Origin: Camelus ferus
Lineage: Eukaryota
NCBI RefSeq assembly: GCF_009834535.1
Contig: NC_045697.1
Span: forward strand, 11,162,001 to 11,226,000
DNA length: 64,000 nucleotides
Direction: 5' to 3'
Shown: positions 50,851 through 64,000 of the stretch, piece after piece
Position numbering within the stretch: position 1 is the stretch's first letter
How the letters are laid out: each line of letters starts with the position of its first letter
The notes under the pieces: model-generated
Seen by the model: the letters and a program-made list of their open reading frames with translations, nothing else
Databases searched by the model: none
What the model was told of the DNA's origin: nothing
Program-made: the position numbers and the translations under genes

Positions 50851-53608
50851 GAAGCAACTTATTTTTTTAATGAGGTAGATTGCATTTTACATCTGAATTC
50901 AAATTTTCATATTTTTAAAAATTGAAATTAAAAGGCACTATAATAGGATGTGTTCATTTGTTGGGTTAAATGAGGGAGGCTCCTTGAACATGAAATAAAG
51001 GAGTCATGGGATAACGTGGTTTAACACGTATGAATCAGGAGAAACAAAAAATGAAAAGTTTTAAATTTGGACTCGGAGATGGGAAAGAGCTACTAGAGAT
51101 GTCATGGCGAGACCTCAGTAAATATTTCTTGGTTTTGTTGTATGAGCACTAAACTAGACCATCTCCCATTTGAAAGAAATCAGCTTTGTTTTTGAGTCTC
51201 TGAAAGAGAGTTTTCATCATTTCTTCTCCTGGCAGACACCCAACTGTTTAAATTCTTCTTTCATCTTGTTGCGTTTGGTTCTATTCCCACTCACATGGCC
51301 CTACGCAGGCCACTTGTGAGCCTTGGAGGATTGTAGGTGTCTCTCCCGATGCCATCAGTTGCTTAGCTACATTGCGAGTCTTTTGTTCTTTGCCTGTGGA
51401 TCAGTCCCACCAGGCCTTCAATCGTGTGAGCTGTTCTTTTGATTGTCCTTCCATATCGCTTGCCCTTCCTGCTGCTAAAATCAGCATGCCAGGTTCTAAC
51501 TCATGAACTTTTGCATCAGTTTGATTTTTGCCTCATGCTAATGTGGTACTTGTCTAATGTAACTCACGGCCTTCTGGGGCGTACCCACTCCCGAGGCTTT
51601 GCCTCTGCCATTGGAAAACTGCATTCTGGCGGACTTGTGAGCAAATGCACATTTTTCTCCTATGCAGATTACTCTGTCTGTCCGTCCTAAGGCACATTTT
51701 TATTCATAGTTCAGCAGGCTTTTCAGTCCTAATGACTACTTGGAATATCTCTTTAATGTAATCTATGTACCTTATTTATACTTGAAAAACAATCTTAGCC
51801 TCCATATCATAAGTATAGCATTTCAAGTAACGAGTCTAAAATGCACAGCACATCTCAGAAATACACGGCTTGGAAAGACTCTCTCAATCAGAAACACTAC
51901 TTGTGGACCTAAATCAAGCCCTTTAAAAAATGCATTAACTTCCTCAAGTAATCAGGATCAAAAACATAATTTGATAATTGATAGTAGTTATAATCAAGTT
52001 TTCAAATTCTATTTTAGGTCTGATTCAAAGCCACAGAATTATGGGGATTTTGAAGCCTCCAGTGACGGTGAGCTCTGCGTCTCATTCTGAGGCAGACCCT
52101 TTCACTTTGGAGAACTGATTTTTTGAAAGCTCTTCCTTTTGAAGCATGGCACGCTACCAACACGTTACTTTCATTGCGTCCAACTAGTTCTGGTTTATAC
52201 CTATGCCAACTGTGGCGCAAGGTGAAGTATTTGGTATCGGAGACGAAAAAGATGAAGAGGCTAGAATCAGTGACTGAGGACATCTGCAGTGAGGTTCCAG
52301 CTGAGCATCATGTAAACAGACAACCGTGAACTATAAGAACCACAGCATTGTGGTACGTGTCACGGGCACATGGAGAAGGGCACCATCCAACCTCCTGAGA
52401 GAACTAGGGAGAGAGGTGAGCTATGAAGAATGAGTACCAGGTAGAAAAGACAAAAAAAGCATCCACGATGATTCACCCTATCCCAAATCTAAAACGTCTT
52501 TACCCTGTTTGCCCGACAGATACATGACAACTCTGTGTTCACTTTAATTTGTCTTTTCTCCCAGGTACATTTATTTTCCGAGATGTTTTTACCCTTTATA
52601 ACTTCCTCAGAGAGGTTGAGCTTGACTCCCCCACCCCTGCCACCTCCACAGCACTGCTGTAGAGATTGGTTAAGTCTGGGATTGCTCTTCTGGCATCCCA
52701 TGTGTTTTGTGCATCAAACTTATTACAACTGAAATTAATTCACAATGAGTGTGTCTTTATTAGCTCTCTATCCCTCAAGAATCTAAAGCCTAAATTAGCT
52801 AGAATCACCCAGCGTCTAGAGTCCATTCTGAACCTCATGAGGACAAGAGCCAAGGCTGTCTCATTACTGCATCCCCAGAGCAAAAGCAGAGTAAAGGGCA
52901 CACGTTTGTTGAACAAACACATGAGTGAACAAAGGCATTACACCTCATGGTTTTGGGTCCTTTTAGCTACAAAGAGCTCCAGCTGGTTTAACCTATAGCT
53001 TACAGGATTGAACCCATGTTTCCAGACTAGTCCACTCTACTTCTAGATGTAGGGGAAAGGAAGGCCAGGAAAAGCATTTTATAAACCACAGAAGCCCCTA
53101 GACTTGGATTTCCTGGTCAGAAAGGGTGATGGAAAAACCACTTTTCTAAGGTCCTGAAGGGTCACCAGAGAGGGAGGATTCAGAGCCCCGCAAATAAAGG
53201 ACATGTGGCCAGACCCAGATCTTTCCTTCTAGGCTAGTCAGTACATTAAGAAGCAAAGGACACTCATGGAATCAGACAGCCCTCATCATGTGCCTGAAAA
53301 CCCAATAATGTCTTAAAAACCACAGAGCAGTTCCTTAAAGCCAAGCTCCAGCCACCAAACAATTAATCGTTTTCCCTAAATAACTTCTTTTCCTCCCTTG
53401 GGATGTGCTTCTTCCACTCTATTCCTTTCTCACTGTCCCCACTCACTTGACGTCTGCCTACCTGAACTCCATTCATCGTCCCTGCCATCTCTCTCAAGCC
53501 CCCCAGCAGAAAATCACCTCCCCTTCTTGGGCTTCATGGGGCATTTAACCCTCACTCGATGACATCTGCCAGGAAGTCCTGCATCATAATATACTTGTCT
53601 CGTGTCCC

Positions 53609-54223
53609 TAGTAAGCAGAATTCTAGAATGTCCACCAAGATTCTCACCCTCCCCCCGGGTTTATGCAGCCTGCACTATCCCCTCCCCTTGTGTGTGAGTA
53701 CTTGTGACTGTGATGGGCTATTACTGCATGATGATGTCACGTAAGAGGGCAGAGGGATTGTGCAGATGTAAATGCAGTCCTTAAACAGATCAAGTTCGTC
53801 AAGAGCGAGATTATCCTGGGTGGGTCTGACCTAATCAGGTGAGTCCTTAATGTCAGAGAGACATTAAGGGAGAGATTCTCCTGCTGATCTAGAAAGATCA
53901 AGCTTCCATGTTGTGCAGAGGACCACATGCCAGGAAACAGCAGGAGGCCTCTGAGTCCTGCAAACAGTCTAGTTAATTGTAAGCAAGAAAGTGGAAACTT
54001 CAGTCCTACATCTGCAAGAAACGGAATTCTGCCAACAGCTCCGAGTCTCAGATGGGGTCACAGTCCTCAATGAATGTCAATTTCAGCCCTGTGAGACCCC
54101 AGGCAGAAGTCAGGTTAGCCATTGCCTCGATTCCTGACCCACAAAAAATGTGAAATAGTAAATGTGTGTTGTTTTAAGCTACTAAGTGTGGTAATTTGAT
54201 ATGCTGCAACAGAAAACTAAAAC
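53609..54223 (+). mobile_element. MaLR solo LTR, MLT1E-like
   Basis: gcagaattctagaatg...gagattatcctgggtgggtctgacctaatcaggtgagtcctt...gtgttgttttaagctactaagtgtggtaatttg...gcaacagaaaactaaaaca. Confidence 0.85.
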
Positions 54224-54439
54224 ACCTACTAAATAGATCATCTCCAATTTTTTGCACAACACTGAATTCAAAGAATTTAGTGACATTTCCTATTGCTCCT
54301 GGCTCTAAAGGATTTTGAAGATGATCCAAAGAACAAAACTAATATATGGTCCCTTTAAACCATGTTACTTCTAGACTCTATCCCATAAAAAAGGAGTATA
54401 GAACTGTTAGCTGGTTCCTAAGTGGAATCCTGTGTTTTA

Positions 54440-54770
54440 TAAAGAGTCGAGAGACATGAATTCGATCCTGGCTCTATCACGAACTTGCTGATGGCCTTGA
54501 ACAAGTCAATGTCAAGGCAATTTCTTGGTATGTTATCTACAAGTTCATTACTAAAATAGCTAGTACTTGTTGATAAACTCTCATGTATCAGAGACTGCAT
54601 ATATATTACCTACAAATACCCTTCTCCCACAGCCAGACAGACATCATGCTCATTTTACAGATGATAATAGTGAGGCTTAGAGAGATAGAGTATAATAACC
54701 AAGGTCATGCAGTGACTGCAGGACGAGGTCATAGTTTGAAGGTTGTCTGTCTCGTGGGCCTGCGCTGTTA
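54440..54770. mobile_element. Two MIR SINEs in opposite orientation
   Basis: catgaattcgatcctggctctatcacgaacttgctgatggccttgaacaagtc (+) and cattttacagatgataatagtgaggcttagagag (-). Confidence 0.65.
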
Positions 54771-57700
54771 AAGTGAGGGGTTACTGCAGGGTCCTCTCTA
54801 ATTGGATCACCCCAGAGACACAGACTGGAGTGTGTGATTTCCGCAGCACAAGGCCAGGGGAAGACTCCTCCCCGCACCTCCGAAGTGAGTCACATCTGAG
54901 TTCCTGGCGGTACAAATGGATCCAGGTTTAGACGACGACGGAGACCCACAGCCCAGGCACGGAGCTGCACAGATTTAAGAACTTGTTTACTTGGAACAGC
55001 GGAAAGGAAGTCAGGCGTGAACTTTCTGAGCTTCAGAGATATTCTCAGGGCCCGTTTGGGAATAAGCATAAATCTTCACATTTATCCAAAGTTTAGCAAA
55101 TTCACAATGACAAATGTAACAGTTCCTCTAAATTGAAGTTCATCTCTTGGCAGTTTGGAAGGCTTGGAGAAAATGCCAGCAACAAGGACTTGGAAGGAAA
55201 TAAATCTTTAGATTCCCTGAAAACATAGATAGTTATTGTGGAAGACATTTGGAGGATCCCATACTGCACTGAAAAAGAAAATTTATAAATGTCAGCTTTG
55301 TAGCTGCAACGTTGGAATGATTTAAAGCAATCCACACTTAACTCCAATGAGAAAAAGATGCCGGGGGTTCACATTTGCCATTAAGAACTAATTATTCTTA
55401 ACCTGTGCTGTTTCCTGGAGGAGTCGATGAGGAGAGGAGGGGAGAAGTCTCCAGAGTTCAGAGCAAGAGAGTAGAGTTATTTTTTTAAACCAAACAGGTA
55501 AGATTCAAAGATTCTCTACTGTTTGAAAAAGATGCCGGAAACTGGGATGGTGAATGGTTGGACCACAAAAGGGGCATCTACCGCGGAAGAGTTGGGCTCT
55601 GAGTCTCTGCGGGCCTCTCTTCCTTCATCTCTACTTACAAATGGTCGATATATCTAGTTCTGGGCTTGCGGCAAAAATGAAATGAGATACTGCCATCCAA
55701 TCCCACCTAGCGAATGTGAGCCACAGGTCTCCTAGCTGTCCCTTCCAGCACAGGCACCAAGGCTCCAGAAAAGAATAAGGCACAATCCTCTCCCTCCATG
55801 AGTTTCCAGATGGTTCTGATTTATGAAAGGATTTTATCAACTGCAAAGCATTGTCAGAATGCTTGTCATTTTAACTCATTCACCAATCCAGGAGGTTACT
55901 GTTGGACACATTTGAAAAATACCAAGACAAGAATCCAATGAGTATCTGACTATTTTTTTTTTCTCGCAAATTAGAATATCATAGCAAGGATGACTTCTTT
56001 TGGTCTAAAAATTGGAATCTGTAACTGTGTCTCTTTTTAGGCAAAACCACTGCTAATATTGGAGGGCCTTGAATTTTTTTTTTTTTTTCCTTTCCAAAGG
56101 GAAAGAAGTAATAGGTAAAACTGGGACTCAGAACCAGGGAAAATGGGAAGAAAAATTATCTCATATACATTTTTCCTTCCCTTAGGGATTGGTCATCTAC
56201 AATTTGCTTCCTGAAGGCTCTGAATGGAGATGGTGCCAATTAAACAATGCCCTGGTTGGCTACAAAGCCCAGAGCTGAGAATGGGAAGAACACACTAGAA
56301 ACACCACCTGCCAAGAGATGCAATGGGACCTCAGGAAAGATATTACGAACATCTAATGAGAAATACACAAGTTCTTAGAACTTCTGTAGCTAATGTCAAT
56401 GAGGCAATGTGCCGAAGAGAAACCTGGATTGAATCAGTCTTTTAATATTTCCACAGCTGGGCCTGCTTGCATGAAGCTGGTGGATCATTTTCTTAAATAA
56501 GGCATGGCGCTGGTCTGACATTAGTTTAATATAGTAATTATCAAGTGAAAAATAGCTACCGCACTGCCGTGAACCTGAATAATAATGCTCATAATTGCTG
56601 ATTTTGGGCCCATCTTTAAAAAAAAAATAGACCTTTAAGTACTAAAGCATTTCATAGGAAATACGTTCAGGTACCATGTCTAGAAGTGCGGAGAACTACT
56701 AAGGATACAATTAGCAGTTTATTTACGTAATCAGTCAAACACTGTTTATCATTTCTGTTATGGTCCTATTGAAAAGAAACAAATCAGCATGGGAACATCA
56801 AGTTATTTTATGCAGGCAACCCTGAAAAAGTTATCATTAATTTTTTTTTTAATATTGAAAGTTGAATTGTACTAAATGCCTCTGTTGAAATCTGAATAAA
56901 GCGTAGTTGACTTAATCAAATGCTAGCACTGCTTCATATATTTGACATGACACACATATCCAGGGGAGATTTTACCTGGACAAATACCTCCCTTGGGTAA
57001 CTAACTTCAATTTTTGGAATATATTCAAAGCTTGCACTGATTCTGAAACAACACACAAATAGTCAGCCTTCTACTGAGAGCCATCCCAAGTGGTTGATTT
57101 TTACCTGGAATATGAGAGTAATACGGAGACACCATGAGTGTCTGTGAGGAAATGCCCTCCAAGCATTACTGATGATGCTTACCTCATAATTAGATTATGG
57201 GAGAACTTTTGTTTTTTCATTGTTCTCAGTGTGACTAGCCCATTCTGGCAGAGCAAATGAGGTATTTTTCAAAGTGAAAAACAAACAAATAAATAATCAA
57301 ACGGCAAATCAGATTATTCAAAGGCAGGACTAAGTAAGACACATGTATTTTTAGAAAAGCCTGTAAAGATAATGTAATGCTCTGTTTGCTCCAGACAATA
57401 TGGAGAATTTGTCTTGTACAAAGGGAGTGGCTTTATTACTATGCTCCCAGGTGACCTTACTTCCTCCTTCTACAGATCTTCAAAATGATTATTAGTGTCA
57501 ATTGTTGTCAATTTCAAGTCCTCCTGACTTATTGAAAAGCCAAAGATAATGTTGCATCAGGGAAGTTCTCATCAAAGAATATATTAAAGGTAGCACCACT
57601 TGGGAAAGGACCAACTTCATAAAAATAAATAAGCGTATTATAATGGCTGTATGAAGCTGATTCTCCTGGAATGAATAATAAAAGCCAAATACATGAAAGC

Positions 57701-58789
57701 ACCAAGTTCTGTAAGCTCTGGAATTCAAATACTCCAACACGACTACCTTGATTAAACAGTAAATAATGAAACACACCCTAATGGGTGATTTTGTCACAGA
57801 GCCTCTATATTCTTAATGAAATCCACATGAACCTTGTTTAATATAGTTGTAGAAGAATGTTAACTTAACCTGACTTCAACAAATGCTTTATTTTATCCCA
57901 TTTGCATAAATAAGGTGCATTCACAGCCAAAAAACATGACACAAAGTGAAGATTAAACTATACAGGGGCTTTTGGGGAGGTTGCTTCAAATCAGTTCACA
58001 GCACTAAACAAGAACTTCACAAACCAGTATTATGCAAAGGGAATATTGCCTATATCTCAGCTTAACACTGATTTTTCAAAATGTTTTATGTTAAAAAATG
58101 ATATTAATGTTACATTTGGATATATTGTCTAAAAATGTGGTGAGCATTATTAAGAACAGGTTTATAAACAGAGCATCAATAAAAGATCTGGCTACAACCT
58201 GCTAATAGTCAAGTCCTAGAAACAAGAGCTCACTAGACCTTTAGCTCCTCAAAGGCAAGAGATTTTGCTCATTCATCTTCTTATCACCAGGGCACAGAAA
58301 GATGACATGGAACGTCCTTGAGGAAGGTTACATAAATAAATAGGCATTTCAACTGAAATTATGCCCAATAAGATCTGTTCAATAAGAAGATGTGTGTATG
58401 GTTGTTGAGGACTACTTATTCTATGACATTTGATGACACAATTGGACTAACCAGGAAGGTTAGCAGACTATGTAGTGAAATACTCTACTAACCTGTGGCT
58501 CAAAGCATTAAAGAAAAAAAAAATCAGTTCTAGTATTTTAGGTTGGGTAGATGTGGTTTTAATTTGGTCTTTAAAAATCTAAGTCTCAAGTCTTGGATCT
58601 ATTTGTGGACTAATTTCTAAATTGCTCTGTGACGTTTCTGTTACTTTCTAACACAAAATAAGCTGCTACAACTGGAGACTGTGATGATGGAAACTTATTA
58701 AAATGTGGGAAAAACCATGTGTGTAATAATGTGCCTGTGAGCTAAATAGTCAGTCCCCTTGGGTCATATTTATACTATTTACCAGTGCT

Positions 58790-59110
58790 ACATCATTCGT
58801 TCAGTTCACAAATATTTATTGAAAACCTTGTATTTACAAGGTATCGTGGTAGAGCCTTTTCTGTCATGGCTTTAGGAACCAAAGGGTTTTAGACGATTAG
58901 AAAAGTCTTTGCCAGCCTGAGCCTTTTCCCACTGGAAGCGGATTTGATCACCTGCTTCTGAGTGCTCTACAGTGCTTGGTTTGCCCTGCTCTTCCACTGT
59001 GGATGCTACTGCGTTCGAGTTAATTATGTCTATCTCCCTTGTGAAACTGTATGCTCCTTTAAGGCAGGTGATATTACACACTCATGAGTGCTCAGCACCT
59101 GCCCAAATGC
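58790..59110. mobile_element. LINE-2 fragments
   Basis: cattcgttcagttcacaaatatttattga (- 3' end) and aactgtatgctcctttaaggcagg...ctcagcacctgccca (+). Confidence 0.5.
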
Positions 59111-59392
59111 AGCATAGTCAACTGGAGGGCCTGCAATATGGACTTTGGATTTAAATTCAGGCAGGTTTTAGCCTCCATCCCAACTCCCACTCTCTGGTGA
59201 TGTGTTTTATTCCTTAGTGGGGGAGTCATGAGTACAGTTGTCGAACATAAGCAGAGGCAAGACTCCTGCGCAAAACGGGACCAGGTGAATCTCTTATAAT
59301 TTTTTCCATATAATGTATCATGTTCACACTCCATCGTAACTGCTCTGGAATTGCCAAGATTTCATAACTGAGCATAACTGGGGTCCTTCAAG

Positions 59393-59529
59393 TAGAACTG
59401 CCAGCTTTAAGAAAGAAAAACCAGCACGTCCTGTTAACTTTGAATTTTAGATAAAGGACAAATAATTTTGTAGTATAAGTATGTCCCCAGTATTGCATTT
59501 GTATACTTACATTTTATCTAAGAACCCTA
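59393..59529 (+). mobile_element. hAT MITE, MER53-like (internally deleted)
   Basis: tttgaattttagataaa...tagtataagtatgtccccagtattgcat core, decayed TIRs, perfect 8-bp TSD ccttcaag at 59385-59392 and 59530-59537. Confidence 0.85.
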
Positions 59530-59573
59530 CCTTCAAGATGATGAGTAAATTGGATGCAAAGAGGACCAGGTAA

Positions 59574-59734
59574 GCTGTTTCTCAATAATTTTTTTGTTGA
59601 GCAGAACATTTACCTTCTCCAGCCCCCAGACAATAAATGCCAGTAGCACCACCCATCATTATGATAATGAGAAGCTGGCCACATTTATCCTGTTACCCAC
59701 CATGAGGTGGTGCCATCTTGGTTTGAGAACCATA
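59574..59734. mobile_element. hAT-Charlie MITE, MER20-like
   Basis: gtttctcaa ... aataaatgccagtagcaccaccc ... ggtttgagaacca. Confidence 0.55.
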
Positions 59735-61239
59735 GGGAGGCTAATACGAGTAGGAATATACTCCACAAAGCCAAGAGTCAGGAAATGCACATGCCGGGAC
59801 CCCATGGATATCATAGTCACAGAGTCTCAAAAATGAAGCATAATGTCCATTTCCTGACCAGCACCTCATTCAGACCTCCTAGCCAAGCTCTTGGGAGCAG
59901 TCATATGTCTGACTTGCTCAAGCCTGTATCTTTGCAATGAATTTTACCCCCGTGAGAAAAGAGCCAAGAATCCTCCCAGATTTCTTAACAGCTTGACTTT
60001 TAAATGCAAAATAAAAAGTCACCAAATCTTAAAGCTCAATTATAAATATGATGATAATTATACCTTCAACCTGTATAGCACTTTAAATTTATTCAAAGCA
60101 CTCTTCTGTCCATTTTCTCTTGGGATCATCGGTGTGGTATTTATCAGCAGATGAGAGAATGGGATGTCTGCTCAATCTCTTGTTATGACCAATTTACAAT
60201 TCTTGATATCATCAATTTGAAACCACAAATGGGAAGAGGTTCAGTCTCCTCTTTCCCTTCAGAAGTCTGTTAGTTCATCTATCAGTCAGAGGCTTTCTCT
60301 CCAGTCTCTCTTATAACTAGTCCCAGATTTTGCATGACTATTACAAGACTATTTTCTTTTTGAGCTACTGAGTTGATTATGTAAATTGAAGGTAAGAGTT
60401 TTTAATACACTGAAGTCAAAAGTAAATGAAGAAATTTGTGATGAACTGCCACTTCTCAAGATCTGTCTACCCCACAACAACAATGTCTGGCAAAAAGCAA
60501 GAATTCAGGGCATTCTGAATGAATGAATCAATGAATGAGTGAAGGGACAAATGAATTTCAGATGAACATCTGCTTTAGTCCGAACTTAATTTACTCCAAA
60601 TCTTACCAGCCTAATGAAAACTTCTGTTGAAAAAGACCACTCACTAAAATTACAATTTCAAGGACTAGAGCTTTCCAGAAACCATTTAGTGCAGCTCTAA
60701 GCAAAGGAAAGCATTTTCCAGAGTCATCTGAGACAAAGACACCTCAGTCATCATGTAACAAAAACGCCACAATCATCCAGTGACTCACCATCAAGGGCTA
60801 CTCTGAAGGGCTACTCGTTTCTCTTAGATTAATTTTTGAATGCAGTCACAGTTCATTTCCCTTTATCTGGTCCTCAGTAAACAAGTCATAGAGCCTGAAG
60901 GAGCCTAGCACAGGGGCTGGCACTCAGTAAGTGTCCAACAGCTCCTAGTTCTCTGGGCAAAATAGAAGATGGAAACTTTGCCCTCTGTTGGACAGGTGTC
61001 ATAGTTGTAGTAGTTTGGGACTTGTTTATTTAAGTCACCATCTTCCTTTAATATTAGCTTTTCTCCCAGTAGGTCATTAAATTCTTAAGGTTCTCATATA
61101 GAAAGAAGACAAGTCTGATCTGGCTTTGCCCAGAGCCAGAGATTTTCCGGCTCTGTACTAAATGACAGAATGAATAAAGGGAACTATCCTCTCGTTTAAT
61201 TCCAAGTGACTGGCATATCAAAGGCTTAATTCATTCTCT

Positions 61240-61525
61240 TACTCATTTATTCATCCATTCATTTATTCCTGTAATAAGTATTTATTGTATATTTTTCAAG
61301 GGCAGCACTAAGCTAAGGTTTCATATTACTTCATCTTATTTAATCTTCACAAGTATCTTATGATGTTGGCATTATTGTCACCTGATATGACGTATGAAGA
61401 TCATGAAGAAACTGAAGTCAAGATCATTCAGGCAGTGGGCCCAGCGTCCCGTCACCTGCCCAACATCACCCAACTATGGTGCGGCCAAGACTCAAAATAA
61501 TCCAGAGTCCAGTGCTTTTGATCTC
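61240..61525 (-). mobile_element. MIR SINE (with L2-like tail)
   Basis: tcatcttatttaatcttcacaagtatcttatga...gaagaaactgaagtcaaga. Confidence 0.55.
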
Positions 61526-62554
61526 TATCTCCATAAATTAAAAAAGAAAGAAAAGAATGAAGAATTTTCAGAGGAACAAAGTTACTTTTCAGAGGAAGAG
61601 CGCCTGGACTGCTTGGCACGTGTCTCTTGAGGAAGCTAAGGATCTTTAGGCACTGGCCGCACTGAACCTGTACTTTTCCAGAACTCAGGTGGACTCTTTA
61701 GAGGTGTTATTTATAGAAAAGATCCAGGCACAGATTCTGGTCTTGTAAATCCCTCCTCCCTGTGTGCTGCATGCACGCTCTTCATGTGTAACTTCTTAAA
61801 ATACCCACATTCATGCCCCTGTAGTTATTAAACGTGGTGCCAGAACACCTAGGTGCATATTCAAGGGATGATTTTTCCCAGAAATATATTTTTTAATCAT
61901 GGAATATGATATTAGAGAGAAAGAGAAAGTGGGGGGAAATGCTTGCAGAATTCTTATACAGCAAGTGCAATAAAAACCCAGCTGGACAAGGTGGACCAAT
62001 AAAAAACAGGGGGTAAAATGTAACCAGAGATAGCCAAGCTACTTGGGCTTTGTAGAATTTCTCTGCCTTAGGAGGACACATCCAAATTCACAGATACCAG
62101 AAGACAAAGTGGAAGAACTTCATCAACACTGCAGTACTGTCAGAGCTTTCAGGGAAAAGGGAGGTAGGGAAGAAAATGTAAAAGAGAAGCAGCGTGTGCC
62201 GAAATGACTCCACAGAGGGGCCGACGTGCAGGTGTCTCATGGGACCTGATGACTGAGGAAAACAGAAGAGAAAGGCATGGAGAACGATGACATGTCCCCA
62301 AAATAACTCTCTGCTTTTGGAGAGTGAAATGAACCCCCGGCAGCTACAGAGTCAACAGGAATTGTCTTTGGCTCGGGTGACTAGGAAGGTGTGCAGTCCT
62401 GCCAGAAATCCTCCCTCCAGAACAAATGTGGAAGTCAAGATGAAATAACAGTGCAGGACAGAAAATTGCTGGGACCCATCAACCCTCAAGCTACAATGTC
62501 CTGGATCTCAGTCTAGATGTTGAAGTGTGCTCACTGGAATTCAGTGCAGTAAGA

Positions 62555-62755
62555 ACAGCTCTTTATGGAGCATCTTCCAGGCACTGGAAACTCCGCTGAG
62601 AAATTTACATGTGTCATCTCATCAACCTTCACTTTGGCGATGCATCCCCTGATGCTTAGAAAGTGACCTCTGCCAAGTCACAAAGGTAGTGGGAGACAAA
62701 GCTGGGCTTGAACCCAGGTGTCAGACCCGGAACCCCTGCCTGAACCACACACCTT
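62555..62755 (-). mobile_element. MIR SINE
   Basis: gccaagtcacaaaggtagtgggagacaaagctgggcttgaacccagg. Confidence 0.65.
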
Positions 62756-63204
62756 TCCCTAAAACGCAAGCCAACAGGAAGCGCTCCAAAACAAGATGGC
62801 GTGTTAGTATTTGTAGCATCCCTGCTCCCCTAACCTCCAAAGCAGGGCCAACCTAGACATAGTTTAGTGTTTGGAGTCTTTAGCTCTCAAAGCGCAGAGC
62901 CGGCAAGTACTCAGTCACACTCCTCTTCCTCCCACACATCACTTACCTGCGATGACCAGTGGGCTTCTCAGCCAAAACCCCAGGAGGAGGTAATGTCTTC
63001 AATGCCGCATTTCAGCAGGAGCTGCCCTTCAGAGGGGTCTGTAGGCTCCCTGCTGCCCAGCAAGCCTGTGCAGAAAGCTGTGCATACCTCATAAGCACCT
63101 GCCAATATCAAGGGTGTCCAACGCACACAAGCTACGGAGATGCCAAGGTGTGCATCGGTGTCCACAATACTGGTCAGTGCTGACTGCCGTAGTCTGTAAG
63201 TCCT

Positions 63205-63380
63205 CTGAGGTGCCTTGATTATATTATCTCATTAAATTTTCACTGCAAGCCGGCGATGGTCGTATTGTGCCCACTTAACAGATAAGGAAATGGAGGCTCT
63301 GTTTACCAACCCAATCACAGAGCAAGACCCAAGAGTGTTCACCTTGAACACTTGTGCCCTTTCTACCACACCACGCAGCC
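63205..63380 (-). mobile_element. MIR SINE
   Basis: atattatctcattaaattttcac...cccacttaacagataaggaaatggaggctc. Confidence 0.7.
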
Positions 63381-64000
63381 TCCCAGCCTCTCCAATGACA
63401 TGGGACTCAGGAGAATTTTCTCTATGCATCTCTTCCAGCAGAGAAATGTTTCCTGAACGAATTGGGGACCAGATACTTCCTAGAGATGAAGACAAATGAC
63501 CAGTGTGGCCCTGGACACGGCCTAGGTCTCCTAGGGGGTTACCGGGATCTTTACCCCAGGGTGTCTGTGCTGGTCCATGCTCAAAAAGGGGGTAGAGGAA
63601 AATCAGTTCTTGCTCAAAGTTAGCAGTGAGCAAGCGACCTATGACAGTTGCTTCTGTCCAAGATGAAAATCATATACCTCGCTGAACTTGTAAAATAAGT
63701 GCACAGAGGGCTCTGAGAACCCCATTCCTCTGCTTGCCTGGTCTTCTCTGTCAAATAAGACGCCGTAATTATTTGTGACTTTTGTTCCTGGAAATGTGTG
63801 AACTGACAACTCCGCTGCTTTCCCCTTGGCTATGGGAGGTGTCGGGATAGGATGGGAGGGAGGGAGGTGAACGCCCTGACTCTGACTTTGGGGTTGGCTG
63901 ACTTGAGGCCTAATGACTTCCCAGCTGGGGCTCTGGGGGCCAAGGGTCTATTTTTCAGAAAAGACACTTTTCAGCTCTAAAGGTCTTTAGCCACGGACCT

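Noticed and set aside
55496..55504. Strong donor CAG|GTAAGA as an exon end
   Set aside because: No convincing upstream acceptor plus open frame; cannot be supported without RNA data

Overview
Mammalian non-coding DNA (large intron or gene desert), most likely from a camelid (alpaca/llama/camel), judged from a tRNA-Ala-derived Vic-1-type SINE at 23382 and the absence of recognisable ruminant or primate SINEs. I found no credible host protein-coding exon, RNA gene or CRISPR array. The dominant feature is a young, full-length ~7.1 kb LINE-1 (3424-10523, + strand). It has a perfect 15-bp target-site duplication, a CpG-rich 5'UTR, and ORF1 and ORF2 broken by 6 single-base frameshifts, 2 nonsense codons and two catalytic-motif substitutions. 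The rest is a typical eutherian repeat mosaic: L1 3' fragments, L2, MIR, MaLR/ERV1 solo LTRs and hAT MITEs, several with intact TSDs and nested in each other. Repeat-free, motif-dense patches between them resemble conserved enhancers. I see no demonstrable new biological system. The best leads are inside the L1 (an antisense ORF0-like AUG ORF; an inter-ORF spacer with a strong splice acceptor and a uORF overlapping the ORF2 start) and a MER41-like LTR carrying nuclear-receptor and STAT-like motifs. Repeat family names come from my recollection of consensus sequences, not from a database search, and boundaries without TSDs are approximate.
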